Positions 1 through 9,037 of a stretch of 64,000 bases of DNA are shown piece by piece. The first letter of the stretch is position 1. Each line of letters starts with the position of its first letter. Source of the stretch: Candidatus Kaiserbacteria bacterium (GTDB lineage Bacteria > Patescibacteriota > Minisyncoccia > Phycocordibacterales > UBA2100). Below the pieces are notes generated by a model. The model did not search any database. It was not told the origin of the DNA and saw only the letters and a list, made by a program, of their open reading frames with translations. The position numbers and the translations under genes are program-made. Location of the stretch: assembly GCA_023267655.1 (NCBI GenBank), contig JAHFMV010000002.1:7228-71227 (forward strand), in the 5' to 3' direction.

Positions 1-745
1 CGGTGTTATTGTGGAAATTATTATTGGTAATCGCAAGATTCTTGTGCGCACCGGGAAGTGACGCGAGCGTCGCTTGCATGTTGATCGGATTATCCACGGT
101 GTCATTTTTGAATTCATTGTTGTTGATGGTGAGACCGGTCGTTGCGTCAGCGCTAATACTATGTGTTCCCGCGCCAGTGCCGGCTTTGTTATTTCCGTCA
201 AAAAGATTTGCCTGGATGAGACAATTCCCCCCGCACTCTGCCCATATGCCGAACGCATTTGCGGTGATGATGTTGTTTCGGATGATTGAGTCTTGGGTGC
301 CGGCCTGACTCCATATACCGGAGTCAAATCCCCCGTTCGAGCCATTTTTAATTGTAAAGCCGTCGATCGTGACATTATTGGCCGTAATGGCGAATGGTGC
401 GTCGGTATCTGTACCATCGACAATAGATTCCGCACCGCGGGCTACATTGCCGGCGACACCCACATTGGCACCGTTAATAGTCAGACTTTTGTTGACCGCC
501 ACATGCTCCGCATACGTCCCCGCCGCGACCGTGATGGTATCTCCCGCAACCGCTTTATTGACGGCTGCCTGGATTGTTTTGCAAGCGGTCCCTGCTCCCG
601 CAGCGAGACATGTGTTGGCGTCATTTCCGGCCGGATCAACAAACCACGGCCCGGCGGCTTGAGCAGGATTACTAAAGGCAAACAATGATACAAGGGCGAT
701 GCCAAGGATGGCCGCAATCGAGAATATTTTTTTAAGTGAGTACAT
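1..745 (-). CDS. secreted right-handed beta-helix (pectin-lyase/NosD-like) protein, 3' part beyond window
   Basis: Manual minus-strand translation from ATG at 745: MYSLKKIFSIAAILGIALVSLFAFSNPAQA (signal peptide), then CKTIQAAVNKAVAGDTITVAAGTYAEHVAVNKSLTING...VTIDGFTIKNG...IRNNII, typical beta-helix motifs; not in the ORF track because it is open at the window edge. Confidence 0.85.
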   Translation of the reverse strand, partial: MYSLKKIFSIAAILGIALVSLFAFSNPAQAAGPWFVDPAGNDANTCLAAGAGTACKTIQAAVNKAVAGDTITVAAGTYAEHVAVNKSLTINGANVGVAGNVARGAESIVDGTDTDAPFAITANNVTIDGFTIKNGSNGGFDSGIWSQAGTQDSIIRNNIITANAFGIWAECGGNCLIQANLFDGNNKAGTGAGTHSISADATTGLTINNNEFKNDTVDNPINMQATLASLPGAHKNLAITNNNFHNNT

Positions 746-1141
746 AAGGTAAAAATAAAGATGATAATCGCGATCCCCCGACGATATGAATCGTTGTACG
801 ACAGCCGACCGATGCCTCAACGAAGCGCAAACAAAAAAGTGCCGCCTCGCGTGACGATGTGCGCCAATGCAAAACGACTCAACATTGTTCGTGAGTTACT
901 TTCCCTAGTAATATGTGCCGTCCCTAACAGCATGTGCGGAGTGTCTTCCCCGCAAGACACTGTGATGATACTCGCACACCGGACATGACGCCACTGTGAA
1001 CAGTGGACAACTTTTCCGTGGAAAACTATGCGTACAACCTGACAACAATTCGATATAACGCCTTAAAACGATTTGTGGACAGCGTGGAGATATGTTTGGG
1101 GATAAAAAACTTTTTTACCGTGTAAAAAATAAAAAATAATT

Positions 1142-1173
1142 GGGCGGCGGCTCCGTAGGAAGCCGCCGCCTTT
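1142..1173. terminator. intrinsic terminator-like hairpin
   Basis: GGCGGCGGCT-CC-GTA-GG-AAGCCGCCGCC stem flanked by A/T tracts, just past the 1180 stop. Confidence 0.6.
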
Positions 1174-1179
1174 GCCAAT

Positions 1180-1473
1180 TCACGTGTTGAGCGATTGCCA
1201 ATATTTTACGGCGGCTCCCAACAAGAACGGGACGAGAACGAATGACACGAAATTTATATCACCTGAAGTTACGCCCCCGACATGGCTGACGAGTTCGCAC
1301 TGAAGCGCCGTCACGAGTACGAGTGCGAGAACCGTGAGAAATGCCGGCAACATCAGGTAACCAATCATTAGTGCCGCGACCATAGCAGGAATGCCCGCCG
1401 GCCAATGTTGCTTGAACACGATGACGCACATCTGCATAAACGTGACCTCGAGAATTTCCGTGGTCTCTTGCAT
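1180..1473 (-). CDS. hypothetical membrane protein
   Basis: ORF 1180..1557; GGAGG precedes ATG at 1473; about three hydrophobic segments. Confidence 0.55.
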   Translation of the reverse strand: MQETTEILEVTFMQMCVIVFKQHWPAGIPAMVAALMIGYLMLPAFLTVLALVLVTALQCELVSHVGGVTSGDINFVSFVLVPFLLGAAVKYWQSLNT

Positions 1474-1575
1474 GGTAGTACCCTCCGGTGCAATGAAAGC
1501 TAATGCGACACTACCATGCACCAATACAAAGAGAAAGGGCGACCGTGGGTCGCCCAAACTGAACGAGTGAGGTGA

Positions 1576-1806
1576 TCAACTCGTCGATACGCCGATGACA
1601 TGTTCGAGCACCGCTTCATGCACGATTCGAGGCAGCGTCTTTGAATCTCTGCTGAATTCGGCGAACCTGTCGAGCGCGACGTCCGAGGCGAGCCCCTGCA
1701 GATCGCACAAGTGAAGAAACGCGGCTCGGTTGTCGTCCAATCCAAACTGCTTTCGAGCGCGCCGCAAAAGCGTATCGGGCGTCAGGTCGATTTGTTGATG
1801 TGTCAC
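1576..1806 (-). CDS. hypothetical protein
   Basis: 76-aa ORF with AAGGAG upstream of a GTG start. Confidence 0.5.
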   Translation of the reverse strand: MTHQQIDLTPDTLLRRARKQFGLDDNRAAFLHLCDLQGLASDVALDRFAEFSRDSKTLPRIVHEAVLEHVIGVSTS

Positions 1807-1931
1807 CTTATTACTCCTTCTCTCTGGAGGCTCCTAAAAATATAAGTATAAAGTATCGATACATGCCTTCCTTGAACATATGTGTGTATAAGAGGGGCGG
1901 CAAAGTCCCTGGGACTTTGCCGCCTGTAATC

Positions 1932-3035
1932 CTAAATGTGCGTTTGCCACCCATAAGCATCGTGGTCGCCGCTGATGGATCGCGCAACGCTGTCTTTGTC
2001 CGTCTCGTTCAATCGTTCAGCACGTGCAAGCTTGCCAAGCACATTGTCATCGTAGTATCGCAAACTTGATGCGAGAACATCGATTTCACGCGAGAGCAGG
2101 ACGTCATACGGCCGCGGCATGAACAGATCATTAATGTTGTCAGTGCCGAGGCGCACTTCGATGCCGGCAAGGATCAATTCACGCACGCGAGCCACTGAAT
2201 TGTGTATCGGTGCGGTCTTGTTGCGCATTTGCCGCATTGAAATCGCCGCGTGCGGACACACGACGACACCGATATTGGTCTCGCGCAGTCCATCGAGAAG
2301 ACGCTTGAACCGGTTTTCGTCGTACGACGACGGCGAAACCATGTGGACGGCCCAGATTTGCGGCCTATCGGCCGAAGTAAGCCGACTGTTTACCAACCAC
2401 CGCGTTGCCTGCACGAGCTTTTTTGTGCCGTCTTCTTCTGCAGTGTTGGTCTGGTCGACATGCACCTGGAGTGGAATCTTCAGCTCGATCGCAAGTTCGA
2501 TGAGAATCGCAAGGTGACCATTGAATCCCACAGTGTGATCCGACCGCTCATCGCGTTCTGGCAGTCCGACAAGAAACTGCGCGCGTGAAGCCAATTCTTT
2601 CAAATGTAGGTGTCGATCCGACCCGCGATCTTTGAAACCGAAGATTGGGTACGCACCGACATTGATCGTGATCTGCTTCTCGTATTTCTTGCGCAACTCA
2701 AGCGCCACTTCGAAAGCACGGCCCTTGATATCGGGCGAGCAGTCGACAACCGCGTTTACTACCTTCTCTCCTGCGGAGATTTTCGCCTCGAAAAGCAATG
2801 TCATCCTATCGACAAGACTCGTGCGGCCGTATGCTTTACCGCGATGCAAAATACCGGTGATGATCTGCTTGCGCGGAAGCGGAGCGTCGATGAACGCCTG
2901 CAAACCTCCCTCGTGCTCGAAGAATTCCGGCTTGAACGTCATTGCCCGATCAGCATGACAATGGAAATCGACATTCCCCTCCGACGGTGACGGCTGTTGT
3001 TCCGATGCCTGAGTATCTGCTTCTCTCTTTGCCAC
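1932..3035 (-). CDS. amidohydrolase, cytosine deaminase-like
   Basis: DFHCHADRA (HxHxD), HVDQ, WAVH, VVCP and LGTDNIND motifs. Confidence 0.8.
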   Translation of the reverse strand: MAKREADTQASEQQPSPSEGNVDFHCHADRAMTFKPEFFEHEGGLQAFIDAPLPRKQIITGILHRGKAYGRTSLVDRMTLLFEAKISAGEKVVNAVVDCSPDIKGRAFEVALELRKKYEKQITINVGAYPIFGFKDRGSDRHLHLKELASRAQFLVGLPERDERSDHTVGFNGHLAILIELAIELKIPLQVHVDQTNTAEEDGTKKLVQATRWLVNSRLTSADRPQIWAVHMVSPSSYDENRFKRLLDGLRETNIGVVVCPHAAISMRQMRNKTAPIHNSVARVRELILAGIEVRLGTDNINDLFMPRPYDVLLSREIDVLASSLRYYDDNVLGKLARAERLNETDKDSVARSISGDHDAYGWQTHI

Positions 3036-3117
3036 GGCTCTTCTCCCTTTCTGGAGTGGAAACGAATGTACTGTGTAGCCTAAAAATACAGGGTACCAGA
3101 TCAGTAATAAAAAGAAA

Positions 3118-3150
3118 GCGGCGGTTTTCCCCGTAGGAAAACCCGCCGCT
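3118..3150. terminator. terminator hairpin downstream of pyrD
   Basis: GCGGCGGTTTTCC-CCGTA-GGAAAACCCGCCGC with A-tract on the left (U-tract on minus). Confidence 0.6.
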
Positions 3151-3158
3151 GTGTGCTC

Positions 3159-4043
3159 CTAGAGCCCTTGCAAAAGCTCCCCAAAGATCTTGGGTCCGTA
3201 TTCGAGATACGCGGTCGCCACTTGAATTCCGTCTGCACCGTCGGCTAGATAATCGGCAACATCGTCCGACGTAAAGATGCCGCCGACGCCAATGATGCCG
3301 AATCCATCGCCAAATTCTTTCTTGAACCCGCGCACGACACGGAGCCCGTGTACCTTGAGCGGAGCGCCAGCAAGACCGCCGGTATCGTATTTCTTGCCGT
3401 CTTCTCCAGTGTAATTGAGCGCTGACGTTCCATCCGGCATTTGCAGTCGTTGGTTCGGGATCGTGTTGACCGCTTCGATTCCCCTTACGATCTTGTGCTT
3501 TCTGATCACTGCCGCGAGCGGCGGAATCAATGCATTGTCGACCGGCGAAAGTTTCAGCTCGATATAATTGGTACCGATGTAGTTGCCAACAATAGCAAGA
3601 ATTTCGTCGAGTTCGCCCGGATTGTATGACGGGATCGATTTGCCACCGATCGCGCGGATATTCGGACAGCCCACGTTGAGCACCACACGGTGCACACCGC
3701 ACTCATACGCGAGCGCGGCCATGCGCCCGTATTCGTGCGGCCCATTGAACGCCGCTGCGCTGAAACGAAGTTGTTTGTGCTCTCGCTCCGCAACTTCCAC
3801 CATTTTCGGTAGGACGATTTTCCACCCCTCCGCACCGTTCGCATCGGGTATGCCGAATGCGTTTGCGGATGTACGTGTATCGCCATTGAAGCCATACATC
3901 ACGCCGCTGTTGCCGTCGCGTTTGTGCTCACCTCCCGATCCAACGGTAATTGCCATAACCGCTGTTCGCGCAAGCAATTGGACTTGATCCAAACGCTTTG
4001 CCGTTCCGGCAGCGTTCCCAATTGAAAAGTCGTGCGTTTCCAC
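3159..4043 (-). CDS. pyrD: dihydroorotate dehydrogenase (class 1-like)
   Basis: NAAG, NAFG, LNVGCPN, KLSP, NTI, GGLAG, IIGVGGI and QVATA motifs. Confidence 0.85.
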   Translation of the reverse strand: METHDFSIGNAAGTAKRLDQVQLLARTAVMAITVGSGGEHKRDGNSGVMYGFNGDTRTSANAFGIPDANGAEGWKIVLPKMVEVAEREHKQLRFSAAAFNGPHEYGRMAALAYECGVHRVVLNVGCPNIRAIGGKSIPSYNPGELDEILAIVGNYIGTNYIELKLSPVDNALIPPLAAVIRKHKIVRGIEAVNTIPNQRLQMPDGTSALNYTGEDGKKYDTGGLAGAPLKVHGLRVVRGFKKEFGDGFGIIGVGGIFTSDDVADYLADGADGIQVATAYLEYGPKIFGELLQGL

Positions 4044-4153
4044 TGGTGTTCTCCATCGTGCTGTGCAGTCTCTCTGTTAGTCTCTCTTGTCCGTCGCGGA
4101 TAGTAGCACGTCGCGAGAACGGCTCAAATGGCGTCATTTGAGCCGATCACGTT

Positions 4154-4360
4154 TTAAAAGTTGTTAATGTCGAGGCCGTTCAATTGGGTTGTGTAGGTTG
4201 AGATGAACTGCGGAAGTGCAAAGACGAGGCCGATCGCGGGGAGGACAACAAGCAATATCGTGACGACGGCAGTCCAGAAAATATATTTGCGTGTCTTCTC
4301 GACGCTCGCATAGATGGCGTCAATTTTCTTTTCCAGTGCGTCAATTCTGTCTTCGGGCAT
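4154..4360 (-). CDS. small single-pass membrane protein
   Basis: 68 aa; KIDAIYASVEKTRKY followed by a TM helix. Confidence 0.7.
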   Translation of the reverse strand: MPEDRIDALEKKIDAIYASVEKTRKYIFWTAVVTILLVVLPAIGLVFALPQFISTYTTQLNGLDINNF

Positions 4361-4366
4361 AGGTGT

Positions 4367-4639
4367 TTATTGCGCGAGAGCGCGAGACAGCATTGGTGTA
4401 ATGAGGGAGTTCACCGTGCGCTCGAGCACGTCTTGTGTTCCCTCTTCGCGCGCCAAGACAAGAGCGCGTTCCATAAGTAACCCCTCATCGTATGCCTCCG
4501 GTCGGTCGCACGTGCGAAGTAATTGCAGCGTCCGTGCCACGCGTTGCATGCTGGCGTCATACGCGGCATCAGTCGCACGAGCCGCGCGTATGATATCGGC
4601 TCCCAAATTTCCAAAATAAAATGTTGCATTGCGGGTCAT
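4367..4639 (-). CDS. hypothetical protein
   Basis: 90-aa ORF, ATGA overlap with the upstream gene. Confidence 0.6.
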   Translation of the reverse strand: MTRNATFYFGNLGADIIRAARATDAAYDASMQRVARTLQLLRTCDRPEAYDEGLLMERALVLAREEGTQDVLERTVNSLITPMLSRALAQ

Positions 4640-4992
4640 ACGAAAAGTTCAGGGACAAGCCTCTCCACTATCGCATGGATTTGCGCACGTGTCGCCTCAT
4701 CTTTAAGCTCCATTTCGCGATTCCCCTGCGCGGGGCGGATATTAATCAGAGAAATATACTCAATGGCCGCATCATTTCTTTGGTCGACGTATATATTAAA
4801 CCCCCACAAATCGGGCTGCTGCGAACCATGCTTCACAAGTTCGTTATTCGCATCCATGTGCCACTCCCCACCGAGCGCGATAATCTCCTGTCGCACATCA
4901 GCGACCCCCTTGACCATGTCGCGGTATAGCTCCTTAGCAATTTCGCGCACGTCGTCTAAGGCGATCGGTTCGTTGATTATCTTGATGTTCAT
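4636..4992 (-). CDS. DUF5674-family protein
   Basis: MVKGVADV...GGEWHMDA...GSQQPDLWGFNI...SLINIRPAQGN; start set at MNIKII because the longer ORF overlaps a tRNA. Confidence 0.8.
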   Translation of the reverse strand: MNIKIINEPIALDDVREIAKELYRDMVKGVADVRQEIIALGGEWHMDANNELVKHGSQQPDLWGFNIYVDQRNDAAIEYISLINIRPAQGNREMELKDEATRAQIHAIVERLVPELFV

Positions 4993-4998
4993 ACAGTA

Positions 4999-5071
4999 TG
5001 GACCGTACCGGTAACGATCCGGTTGCCTTCCGCATGCCATGCGGACGCTCTACCATTTGAGCTAACGGCCC
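4999..5071 (-). tRNA. tRNA-Ala(GGC)
   Basis: GGGCCGT/ACGGTCC-A acceptor with G3:U70; anticodon loop ATGGCAT; atypical T-loop ATCGTTA; no encoded CCA. Confidence 0.85.
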
Positions 5072-5095
5072 TCGCACCCAATTTTAACAAAGTGC

Positions 5096-5575
5096 TCATT
5101 GCACTTCCAAGCGGTCAGGCACTGAAGTTTCTTGTGGAGGATTTGCAAGACAGGCTTTCAACCACGCCGTTTGTGTCCAGCCGCATTTTCCGTCGGTTTG
5201 TGGTTCGCAAACGGCTTCCTTGTAGCACCCGTATTCGGCACGATACACGCAATCGGTTATGATGGTCGTTGCTTCGTCCGCAGAAACGCAAAGCTGGGCG
5301 CTGCAGCCGGCGACGGCGCAACCGTTTGCAGACATCGCGCTCGTCGACGTTGCTTGATCGGGGATTTCCTCAACGAACAGTCGTCCGTCTTTGGTGCGAC
5401 ACTGCCGTGGATAACTCTCCATCACCGGATTCCCCGCTGCCGCGCACTCTTCGAAATTGGAAATAATCGGTGTCGTTGCAGGCTGGATATGCGGAGCGAC
5501 TTTCAAGAGAACAAGAGCGATGACGGCGAGAATGCACGCGAGTAAGAGGAGGCCAATTATCTTGAGTGCTTGCAT
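5096..5575 (-). CDS. membrane-anchored Cys-rich protein (eight-cysteine-cluster-like)
   Basis: N-terminal TM; FEECAAAGNPVMESYPRQC and CAVAGCSAQLC...CEPQTDGKCGW motifs. Confidence 0.75.
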   Translation of the reverse strand: MQALKIIGLLLLACILAVIALVLLKVAPHIQPATTPIISNFEECAAAGNPVMESYPRQCRTKDGRLFVEEIPDQATSTSAMSANGCAVAGCSAQLCVSADEATTIITDCVYRAEYGCYKEAVCEPQTDGKCGWTQTAWLKACLANPPQETSVPDRLEVQ

Positions 5576-5605
5576 ATCGAATTATTGTATCAAATAACTT
5601 CCCTT

Positions 5606-5676
5606 TGGACTCACCGGGAATCGGACCCGGGCCTCGGCAATGCGAATGCCGCGTAATGCCACTTTACTATGAGCCC
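5606..5676 (-). tRNA. tRNA-Ala(CGC)
   Basis: GGGCTCA/TGAGTCC-A with G3:U70; anticodon arm CGGCA-TTCGCAT-TGCCG; T-loop TCCGATT. Confidence 0.88.
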
Positions 5677-5815
5677 TAGCGAGGATCGAAAGAACATGCT
5701 CGCATGTTTTTTCTCCGAGTGACGGGCTCATACGGCTTTCGTGTATGAACCCTAGCTCTGAGCAAAATGAATATATCATATTCATTTTACCGGGGCGACA
5801 AGTTATACTTCGTCC

Positions 5816-6397
5816 ATGGAAGATCTTTTGCAGGCGCTCATCGCCGCTGTCGCGATCGCAGGAATGCTGCTCTATTTCCTCACCAACAGAATCCACGCGC
5901 CGAGCACGTGGTTCTTTCAGGACACATGGCTCGACAAATACATACCACTCGTTCCGTATTTCATCATCGCGTACGTGTGTTTGTATCCGTACATTCTCAT
6001 CACCATCGTACTCATGTGGGACACGCCGCTCTCGACGCAATTTTTCACGTGCTTTTCGATCGCGGCGTGGACGGCCGCACTCATGTGGTATGTGGCACCC
6101 GCCGGCATCGTGCGCCATCGCCGACTCGGTCCTGATTTCTTTTCACAAATGATCGTGTGGCTGTACGAACATGACCAGGAGAACAACACTATTCCGAGCT
6201 CACATGTGTTTTATTCGCTCATTTGTTCATACTTCCTAATGCTCGCGTATCCGCATGTCCAACTTCTCTTTGTCGTGGTCGGCATCCTCATTTCGATCTC
6301 GACGGTTTTCGTTAAACAACACCATCTCGCAGACATCCTCGGCGGCATCGTGTGGGCGGCCGGCTCAATCGCGATCGCAAGCTATCTCGTCGGATAA
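5816..6397 (+). CDS. PAP2-family membrane phosphatase/phosphotransferase
   Basis: NTIPSSHV and STVFVKQHHLADILGG motifs; multiple TMs. Confidence 0.85.
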   Translation: MEDLLQALIAAVAIAGMLLYFLTNRIHAPSTWFFQDTWLDKYIPLVPYFIIAYVCLYPYILITIVLMWDTPLSTQFFTCFSIAAWTAALMWYVAPAGIVRHRRLGPDFFSQMIVWLYEHDQENNTIPSSHVFYSLICSYFLMLAYPHVQLLFVVVGILISISTVFVKQHHLADILGGIVWAAGSIAIASYLVG

Positions 6398-6419
6398 ATC
6401 GTGCTACGCTAGCGTTCTC

Positions 6420-6491
6420 GCTCTCATAGTTTAATGGATAGAACGCAGGATTCCGGATCCTGTAATGTCAGTTCGATTCTGGCTGGGAGCA
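6420..6491 (+). tRNA. tRNA-Arg(CCG)
   Basis: GCTCTCA/TGGGAGC-A acceptor; CAGGA-TTCCGGA-TCCTG anticodon arm; TTCGATT T-loop. Confidence 0.92.
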
Positions 6492-6577
6492 AACGTTGAA
6501 TTTTTATAATTTCAGAGTACTGTTGCTTCCAGTTGTTCGACCGTGCGATTGCAATCCTGCAACGCGGGTCTTTGACA

Positions 6578-7378
6578 ATGGAGAGAATTATGACTGCTAA
6601 TAGGTCTCCCGCGGTACAAAATCAACTTCCGTCGCGTAAAGATGTGCTCACCGCCCTGCAGTGTGCGTTCGTGGCCATTACGGTGGTCACGGGTCTTTTC
6701 AAGACAAATGCGCTGCCCCTCGCGATACTTGCTGTGGGCGGACTCGTTTTCGGGATCGCACATATACTATCCGATTCCGGAAAATGGTTCAGGATCAGCG
6801 AGCAGCATCGAGCTTATTCCCCCAGTGGATACTTCCCGAATCGCGCACAATACTTCGTCGCAATCGGTTGGATGCCAATCGTGATGATCGCCGGTTGGTT
6901 GTATCTCATACCGTTTCCGTGGCCGATGCAAGTGATTGAGCGCGGCGATGGAACGCTACTGTACGAGCAGTGGCCATCCATGACACGCTTCAACACCTTT
7001 ACCGATAGCGTGTACAACTACACGACAGATCAATCGGTGGCATTTGAATCAGGCCATCCTCTGATTTGCTCGGCCACAACAAAGGATGGTTTCGGCGTCA
7101 AAGCACGAATTGGTGCGACACTGAATTTGTCTTTTGACGGCTTGCGCGCGGCGTACGCTGTTGGTGGAAACAAACGAGCCCTGGAGGCTGCTGTCCGGAA
7201 TGAGCTTTGCACTCGTTTTGCAAGCACCATTCACACCTACATGATCACCGAAGTGCCAATGCAGCTGGTCGTTGAGGCTAAGACTTCGGAAGAAAAGCGT
7301 GGCATGAATGCGCTCGGCGTGAAATACTCGGGAATCTTCCAAGTCGGTCGACTCGAGGTACATGCAACGCAACCGTAG
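6578..7378 (+). CDS. hypothetical membrane protein (possible SPFH-like C-terminus)
   Basis: Three TM segments then a soluble domain (TTKDGFGVKARI); start uncertain. Confidence 0.6.
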   Translation: MERIMTANRSPAVQNQLPSRKDVLTALQCAFVAITVVTGLFKTNALPLAILAVGGLVFGIAHILSDSGKWFRISEQHRAYSPSGYFPNRAQYFVAIGWMPIVMIAGWLYLIPFPWPMQVIERGDGTLLYEQWPSMTRFNTFTDSVYNYTTDQSVAFESGHPLICSATTKDGFGVKARIGATLNLSFDGLRAAYAVGGNKRALEAAVRNELCTRFASTIHTYMITEVPMQLVVEAKTSEEKRGMNALGVKYSGIFQVGRLEVHATQP

Positions 7379-7433
7379 TTGCGATGTCGGCGGCGCGCCC
7401 CCCAAAGGCGCGCCGCTTTCTTTTCTACCCCAG

Positions 7434-7510
7434 GCCGTTGAAAATCAGTCACTAAAGAACGCGCTCGCTTCCCGAAGGTTGCGAGCGAGGTTCGATTCCT
7501 CGTCGAGGCA
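7434..7510 (+). pseudogene. degenerate tRNA-like element
   Basis: Perfect T-arm CGAGG-TTCGATT-CCTCG then TCGAGGC-A; 5' GCCGTTGA pairs only with a bulge; D-arm absent and anticodon loop enlarged. Confidence 0.5.
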
Positions 7511-7604
7511 CTGCAAAGAAGAAAAATATCGCTGACCATCCTATATTGCAAATGTAAGCATAATCAGTAGAGTGATCTGTGGGTTGCAACGGTGAGGTGT
7601 ACCA

Positions 7605-8048
7605 ATGGCGAGAATACCTTTGTACTGCATAGAAAGCGTGATGCGGAAGATTTACGAGGGAATCCAACAAGGACTTGTTGCCCACACGATAGCACTGACC
7701 ATCAGCGAAAAAGAGGCTGGCAAAATCGTAACCGGGAAAGACATTACGTCATTGTGGATGCATTTTCAGGGCAAGGCAGCGTTCAAGACAGAGATGCGGA
7801 GCCGTTCGCTTACCGATAAGCCCCTTGCTGATCCGTTGCCGATTATTCGAGAAAAACTATTTTCCGAAGCCGAATTACGCGCGTTGTGTCTGCATTTGGC
7901 ACGTGGAAAAAGCTGGCCAGAGGTGCTTCGAACCATTGGACGAATTGAAGTCAATCAAGATCGAGCCCGCTCGTATATCGTGAGACGCTTCGACAGCGTC
8001 GCGGATTTCATCATCAAGTACAGACATGAATCCGCGAAACGGGCGTAG
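7605..8048 (+). CDS. hypothetical protein
   Basis: 147-aa ORF with GAGG upstream and a terminator after it. Confidence 0.6.
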   Translation: MARIPLYCIESVMRKIYEGIQQGLVAHTIALTISEKEAGKIVTGKDITSLWMHFQGKAAFKTEMRSRSLTDKPLADPLPIIREKLFSEAELRALCLHLARGKSWPEVLRTIGRIEVNQDRARSYIVRRFDSVADFIIKYRHESAKRA

Positions 8049-8155
8049 TCCAAGCCAAGCGCCGCATTTCCGCGGCGCTTTTATATAACGAAAGGGCGAC
8101 GTCTGTGATACGCCGCCCTCTACATGATGTCACTGCTGCTTGTTCACTGCAGAAG

Positions 8156-8587
8156 CTAAAGATACTCCGGATGCGAGCTGTGGCACGATGAGTACCGACT
8201 ACCGGTAATTCTCACAAACTCCTGCAATGCCCTGCTTACATGCTCATTGTGCGTCGCTTCGGTCGCTGGCCAGAGATAACACAGGTTGAATTTCACCTGC
8301 ATTGTCCGATCAAACTCGCGCTCCGGATACGTATGTATCGCAGCATCGGACGACGTCAAAATTGCCGTTGCCGTGTATCCGAAATTCTTGCCGAACGGAT
8401 GACATTGCACGCGCAGTTCACCTGCCTCGTCCTTCGGAATCTCAAATCCCGATTTTTCGAGTGCTTCGATAAACATTTTTTTGATTTCTGCTTCTCCGAG
8501 TTGTGATAGCAGCATACGCAACTTGCGACATTTCTTGAAGACAAGCGTATGCGTCTGCGTGTAGGGTCGAAACGATTCCGTTTTCAT
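8156..8587 (-). CDS. S-adenosylmethionine decarboxylase-like (pyruvoyl) protein, divergent
   Basis: HPF..FGYTATAILTSSDAAIHTYPE resembles the SpeD motif GxSxxxLLAESHxSIHTWPE. Confidence 0.65.
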   Translation of the reverse strand: MKTESFRPYTQTHTLVFKKCRKLRMLLSQLGEAEIKKMFIEALEKSGFEIPKDEAGELRVQCHPFGKNFGYTATAILTSSDAAIHTYPEREFDRTMQVKFNLCYLWPATEATHNEHVSRALQEFVRITGSRYSSCHSSHPEYL

Positions 8588-8756
8588 CGAACCTTCCTCC
8601 GGTTAAGAACTTTTCAGCAGTCTGCGCGTAGTATACAAACCATGACTCTAAGCACAAGAGTTTTTTTGAAATATGTGCATAACTTTTTTATGCTTGCGTC
8701 TCTGAAAATATTGTATATCGTGCTCTTGGGCTCCAGGACAACAGCAGGAGCAAACA

Positions 8757-8999
8757 ATGGGTGATGATCTTCTATCTGATGAAAATTTGAGATTTGCGAG
8801 GACCGTGTTTGACTTTACCGCAGAGAAAGATCTTTCTGCGCATGATATCGCGAACAAAATTAACGCATTAAAGTTCATGGATCCAGTGACGACTGCTGAT
8901 GTCGAAGAGTTTTGGGAGCGTTACGGTGGTCGTAAAAAATTCCGGCGACGTTTCCGCAATGAGCTCAAGAGCCGCAAAAAAGCCAATGCTGGCTCATAA
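8757..8999 (+). CDS. hypothetical protein
   Basis: 80 aa, AGGAG RBS. Confidence 0.55.
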   Translation: MGDDLLSDENLRFARTVFDFTAEKDLSAHDIANKINALKFMDPVTTADVEEFWERYGGRKKFRRRFRNELKSRKKANAGS

Positions 9000-9037
9000 C
9001 CGAAGAAAGGCGCCGCATTGCATGCGGCGCCTGTTTT

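Noticed and set aside
3-688. Plus-strand ORFs 3..308 and 293..688
   Set aside because: Antisense shadows of the minus-strand beta-helix gene
5582-6118. 178-aa minus ORF
   Set aside because: Overlaps tRNA-Ala and is antisense to the PAP2 gene
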